From Balamuthia mandrillaris (Eukaryota): a stretch of DNA of 64,000 nucleotides. The notes beneath the pieces are model-generated. The model made no database searches. It was not told where the DNA came from and saw only the letters and a program-made list of their open reading frames with translations. The stretch lies in the NCBI GenBank assembly GCA_031835245.2, contig JAVKOQ020000016.1, positions 124,001 through 188,000 of the forward strand, in the 5' to 3' direction. The position numbers and the translations under genes are program-made. The number at the start of each line of letters is the position of its first letter. The stretch's first letter is position 1. Positions 59,148-64,000 of this stretch are shown piece after piece.

Positions 59148-60882
59148 ATGAGCGAGAACGCTGCCGCCGGCGTGGAGGCACTGGATCAACAACAAGAACG
59201 ACGGGTGGGAGGAAGAGGAGGAGAAGAAGGTGAACCACCTTTCGATCCAGACCCAGAATTCACGGTGGAGCCCGCGCGGGAGGAAGATCGCTGCCTGATG
59301 AACGCCGCCGAGTTCTGCTACGACATTGGCAAACGGATGTTGATGGGGAGAGAGGCCGGGTTGTTGACCCCAAAGAACCCCACCAGGGCTGTGCATCTGC
59401 TGCTACGTGCCTGCGAGCTGGGACATCGTGGGGCCGCCTGGGACCTCACCTGCTGCTCGGGTGAGGGCGAGAACATCACTTTTTGTTGGGAGAAGGCTGC
59501 CGCTTTGTACAAACAGTTAACTTCTTGTTCTTGTTCTTGTTCTTCTTCTTCTTGTTCTTCTTCTTCTTCTTCTTCTTCTTCTTCTTCTTGTTCTTCTTCT
59601 TCTTCTTCTTGGTCTTGTTCTTGTGCTGCCTTCCTTCCTTTCTTTTAAAATAACACAAAACAAAACAATGAAGGAAGGCAGCAGAAGGGGATGCTGTTGG
59701 ACAAAGCAACCTCGCTGTTTGTTATTATACTGGCAAAGGAGGACTTCCCCAAGACCAACGGTTTGTTGTGTATCATGTTCTTGTCCTTGTTCATTCGTTC
59801 ATTCTGTATTCTTCCATGCTTCATTCTTCCTTTGTTCTTCGTCTTTGTCTGCACTTTCTCACACCAAAGACAATAGAACGGCAGCATATTACTGGCAGCT
59901 ATCCTCTCGCCAAAACTACAGCAGAGCTCACTACAACATTGGTGTCTGCTACGATGCTGGTCACGGCGTCCGAGCCCCTCCTACCTCCTCTACTTCCTCT
60001 TCCTCCCCTTCACAACAACCGTCCGACTTGGCCTTTCAGCTCTTCATAAAGTCAGCAGAGGAGGGCTATGCCGTAGCGCAGTACTATGTGGCAGTGTGTC
60101 GCCAGTTTGGACGAGCCAGGCAGCCGAGAGACCTCCGGGAGGCCTTGCTGTGGTTTCGCCGTGCGGCCAACCAGGATCACCTCCTCGCTCTCTCCCGCTT
60201 GGGCATGTTCATCCTAAACGGCTGGCATACGGCCAAGAACGACGTGGCAGCAGCCAGGTGCCTCTGTCGGGCTGCCAACTGGGGAGACGAGCCCGCCTGG
60301 AAGCAGCTGGTTTCGTTTCTAAGGAGCGACAGGCAGCGCTTTGTAGAAACAACGAACGAGGAGAAGAAACTGATGAGAGGCATTACAAAAGAGGGAACGC
60401 TCGTCAGGAAGGTGGACAAGCTGACCGACATGATCTGTCTATACTTTCATCGGCAGTGGCGGCATCTTGCTCATCAGCGGGATTCTTCGTCGTTAGTGGA
60501 GAAGCAGTTGAGAGCACGCCTGCCGCTTGACTTGGTAGAGAGGATCAGAGACGAGGCCAACTATTGCGACGTCCCACGTTGTAATGCCACCTTCTTTGGA
60601 CGTGGTAGAGTGGAACGAACGTTTCGCAGTCTTCACAAGGACGAACAAGAAGAAGGTGATGCGGAGCGTAGCAAACCACAGCAACCACAATCTCCAACCT
60701 TTCAAGAGTTCCGTGAGCAAGGACAGAAGCAACAACTACAGCAAAACGAAGAGTGTGAAGACAAGGGAGAAAAGGAAAAGTGTTTTATTGAGCGGATGGA
60801 AGGCGATACAGTGACCCTACGGTTTTGCAGCATCGAATGTGCTGCTGTTTTTGACCGTGATCTCTCTGCTCCGCCTCAATAA
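59148..60882 (+). CDS. Sel1-like repeat protein, about 3 exons
   Basis: ACELGHRGA, GQSNLAVCYYTGKGG, AHYNIGVCYDAGHGV, SAEEGYAVAQY, WFRRAANQDH; C-terminal Cys motifs (CDVPRC, FCSIEC). Confidence 0.8.
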
Positions 60883-62399
60883 TAACATTCTATTCAATCA
60901 GAGAGGAGAAGGACAAGGAGAGAGGGGACTCTGATGCTTCAGGTTTAGGTTTATTTTTTAAAAAATAAAATAATCAAATTATTAAGTGAAAGTTAAGAAT
61001 AATAATAATGAACCTTGTTTTGCAACTGGGACAAGGTGATGCTGAAAAACTCGTCAGCAAACTCTAAAACCGACCCCAAATTCCTTGGTCCCTTCGCGTG
61101 TGCAAATCAAAGAATAACAAAAAGATGGGGAAGAGAAAATGATTTGTTGGAAGTGCTCACACATACACAAAGTGAGAAAAGAGGAAGTGCACACACAAAA
61201 TAATAAAATAGGGAGTGAACATAAAAAATGACAAACCTTTCATTGTGATGGTTTGCAGCTCCATCATCTCAGATCTTTTCACAAATCTTTTAGTCAATGC
61301 TGACTATTGAAGTTGTGCAAGCTCATCATGCACACTGCCATTCTCACAGTACAGCTGGACTTCTTCAGCAGAGCCTTGACGCAACATCCATTGGCAGTCC
61401 TTTGGAGCATCCTTTTTTTCTTTCCCCTTGTTCACAGAGTGCTTGCAGATCCACCTTTTTAGCTCTCTTGTCAAAAGAAATGCCTTGTTCTGAAAGCTTT
61501 TCTTTTGACTCAGCAACAGGAAGATGTGCAAACTTGGTTATGTTGTTGATGAAAAAGCAAAAGTGCTTGGAAAGTGTGGTAGTGTGTGCAGTGAAAAAAC
61601 AAACTGCAACTAAATTTTGCTTTTGCAAAAAAAAAAAAAAACCTCTCCAGAAATTCCTACACCTTTTCTAATTAGCTATTTTCTTCTATTAAAGTTTTGA
61701 CTTGGATATGCTGTGGTTTTTTTGAAGTTGCTATAAAGTGACAAGATATTGTATAATGAAATAGGTTGTCTTACATCAACAATAAATACTGTCTAGAACT
61801 ATTTCAGTTTAGTTTAGTTTTTCTGTTGATGAGGGATTAACCCTGCGGATCAAGAAAGGGATGACACGTAAGCGACTCTGGGTTTATTCACAAGAAAAGA
61901 GGTGTGGACCAAAGTGTGTGCTTTGAGTGTGTCGCGAGGAAAAAGGGAAAATAAAAAGGGGTGAGAGAATTCGGGGTATCCAGGGAAAGTGTTGACAGGA
62001 AGTCAAAATGACACGAATTGTTGGTTTTCCAACATTTCTATTTTTTTGGTTACCATTTTCATAGCTATTTTACTATTTTGTGCCACTATTGTCATTTTTT
62101 TACACCCACTTTTTCTTTATTATTTTTCAATCTCTTTCATGAATCTCTCTACAACTTTTATACAATGCATACATGTATGCACTTCCAATTACATACATGT
62201 GTGCACTTCCTCTACATCTTCTACCCCTCAGGCATCTTCTTCTTTTTCCTCCACTAGTCCATCACCTTTGAATTGCACACATGTGTGCACTTCCTCTATT
62301 CTTTAACTCTCTCTCAGGCAGGTTCTTCCAGTACTCCCACTCATTCATCAACTTGATTCACACATCCATCCACTCTAATATTCTTATGGTAAAAGCAGA

Positions 62400-63900
62400 G
62401 TATATGACTTCTACAACATGAATGAAGAGCACCAGATGTTATTGTTGTAAACAAGAGTGCTTGGGAATCTTACCATGGAGTACATTTCAAGAGTTTCATC
62501 AATACTTTTAGAACCTGCCAACAGAAACAGCAAGAAGTCAACATATTTTGGCCTGTTTATTTATAAGCAAAAGCACTTATTCCTCATCAACAACCCTTCC
62601 TAAGTTTGTGGCAGATAGTTATTTGCTCTGCCATAAGGCTTTTTGCATGAGATTAGCAAAAACAAGCTTCAACGATGTATTTCGCTTTGGAGGTTGTAGA
62701 GTAGTTGTTCATGGTAATACAGGACAACATCGAGAAAGCAGAGTGTACCTCCTGTTGAAAGCATGGCTTACTAGCTTTTTTAATTCTATTGGAGAGCACA
62801 TGCCCAATGATAACACCATCTACATGCCTGTTTTTCTTACTCGAGAGGCCATTTATGAAGATATGACTGCAGTGTTAGAAACAGGACATTTGATATCTTA
62901 CTCTGGTTTTTGTGTGCATTTTAAGACCCATTTTGTTAATGTTCATTTCCCTAAGGTGGAATCACCTTCTCTCATCTGTTGTGAAAAGACATTAAATCCT
63001 TTGTTGGTCATTCTTCACTGAATAGATTACCTGCCTTGGTAAGTGTGATACTTGTTGTAAACTGGCCTCATTATTCAAAGCATGCAAAATGGATACAGAT
63101 CGAAGGCAGCTATCCTTGCAATTACAATTTGTTCAAACTCACCAAAAAGACTACTATGCTTGTCATGCATAAGCCAAAGCCTCCCCAGCATCAATTATGT
63201 CCCTAATTCTTGATTACACAGAGGCCATCCCCACAGAGGCCATCCCGCTTCCTCATCTTCATATACCCCCCAAGGCTTGGAACAACTGAAAGTGACTTGG
63301 ACTGAAGTGTTTTAGAATCATTAACCACTCAATATGCAAACGATATTTATGACACCACTTCAACACATTTTCTGAGGATGCCAATGTGATTTTATCCCAT
63401 CTTTTTCATTATCTTATTACCTTACTTTATCTTCAAGCAGATAATTGCTATCAAGTAATCAAAACAGATTCCTCTTTGCTTTTTGTGGATGGCTATTACA
63501 TATGAATCTGTTTAAGCATATCTTACCTTTTTCCTGGTCACACCCATGAAGACATTGACCAAATGTTTTCAACAATGCATAAAGCACTTCTAAAATGCAA
63601 TATCAAAAGCTTACAAGATTTTCCCACCTTGTACATAATGCCTATGTAACCCAGCTCTTTAACCAATGGAATTAATTTGGGATTTCATTCTTGGCTTCAA
63701 CCTTTTATGCAAAATATTGGGCCATTCTCAACCTTTATTTTTTATGTTTGACAAAGATCCACAACAGCCATCCTCTCTTCTTATTTGCTATCAACTTAAC
63801 TTGGATTTACTACTCAGTGAGCCTTTAGCTTTGATGAAAGGCTTTCCTAATCACTTTATCTCCATTCCTCCTCTTGTTCCTTACTGAAGTATTGACAATG
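62400..63900 (+). pseudogene. Decayed DDE-type transposase of the GHTHEDIDQ-motif family (DUF7869/Sola-like, tentative)
   Basis: GEHMPN, HFPK|intron 62956-63025|..LGKCDTC, ILDY, LQADNC (63431-63448), GHTHEDIDQMFS (from 63536); in-frame stops and frameshifts; AT-rich and CpG-poor. Confidence 0.75.
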
Positions 63901-64000
63901 ATATTTTGGGGAACCCAAGAGCTGCTTTGCCTTACTTACTTCCAACTGCTTAATTGAAAAATGCATCAGTTACTGGATTCATTAGCTCACAAACCTAACA

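Overview
Compact, intron-rich eukaryotic nuclear DNA: GT-AG introns of about 60-300 nt, often filled with (CT)n/(GA)n microsatellites, and short intergenic spacers. The style and gene content suggest a free-living amoebozoan (Balamuthia/Acanthamoeba-like; inference only). About 20 protein genes can be assembled by hand: a RhoGAP tail, a Gemin6-like Sm protein, APN1, a metallothionein-like gene, xylose isomerase, an EEP phosphoesterase, a Tudor-like protein, an ATP synthase d-like protein, a GIY-YIG nuclease, PRP4 kinase, a glycosyltransferase, a ~2770-aa single-alpha-helix protein, BRAP2, HACD, SERAC1, a ~2000-aa REJ/GPS surface receptor, an SDR, a gamma-tubulin complex protein and a Sel1-repeat protein. 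A decayed, CpG-depleted transposase sits at the right end. Highlights: (1) a ~2.0-kb element (7847-9882) bounded by CACTGCA inverted termini, encoding a RAG1/Transib-like transposase C-terminus plus a convergent second gene; (2) a 4-exon metallothionein-like gene with an in-frame TGA exactly at a Cys position; (3) a TATA-driven, spliced, apparently non-coding locus with an uninterrupted 23-bp G-U-containing hairpin; (4) a receptor fusing an NPC1-like N-terminal domain to filamin, EGF, REJ and GPS modules; (5) a dispersed, structure-conserving ~120-nt repeat. All family assignments come from motif recognition by eye; no searches were run.
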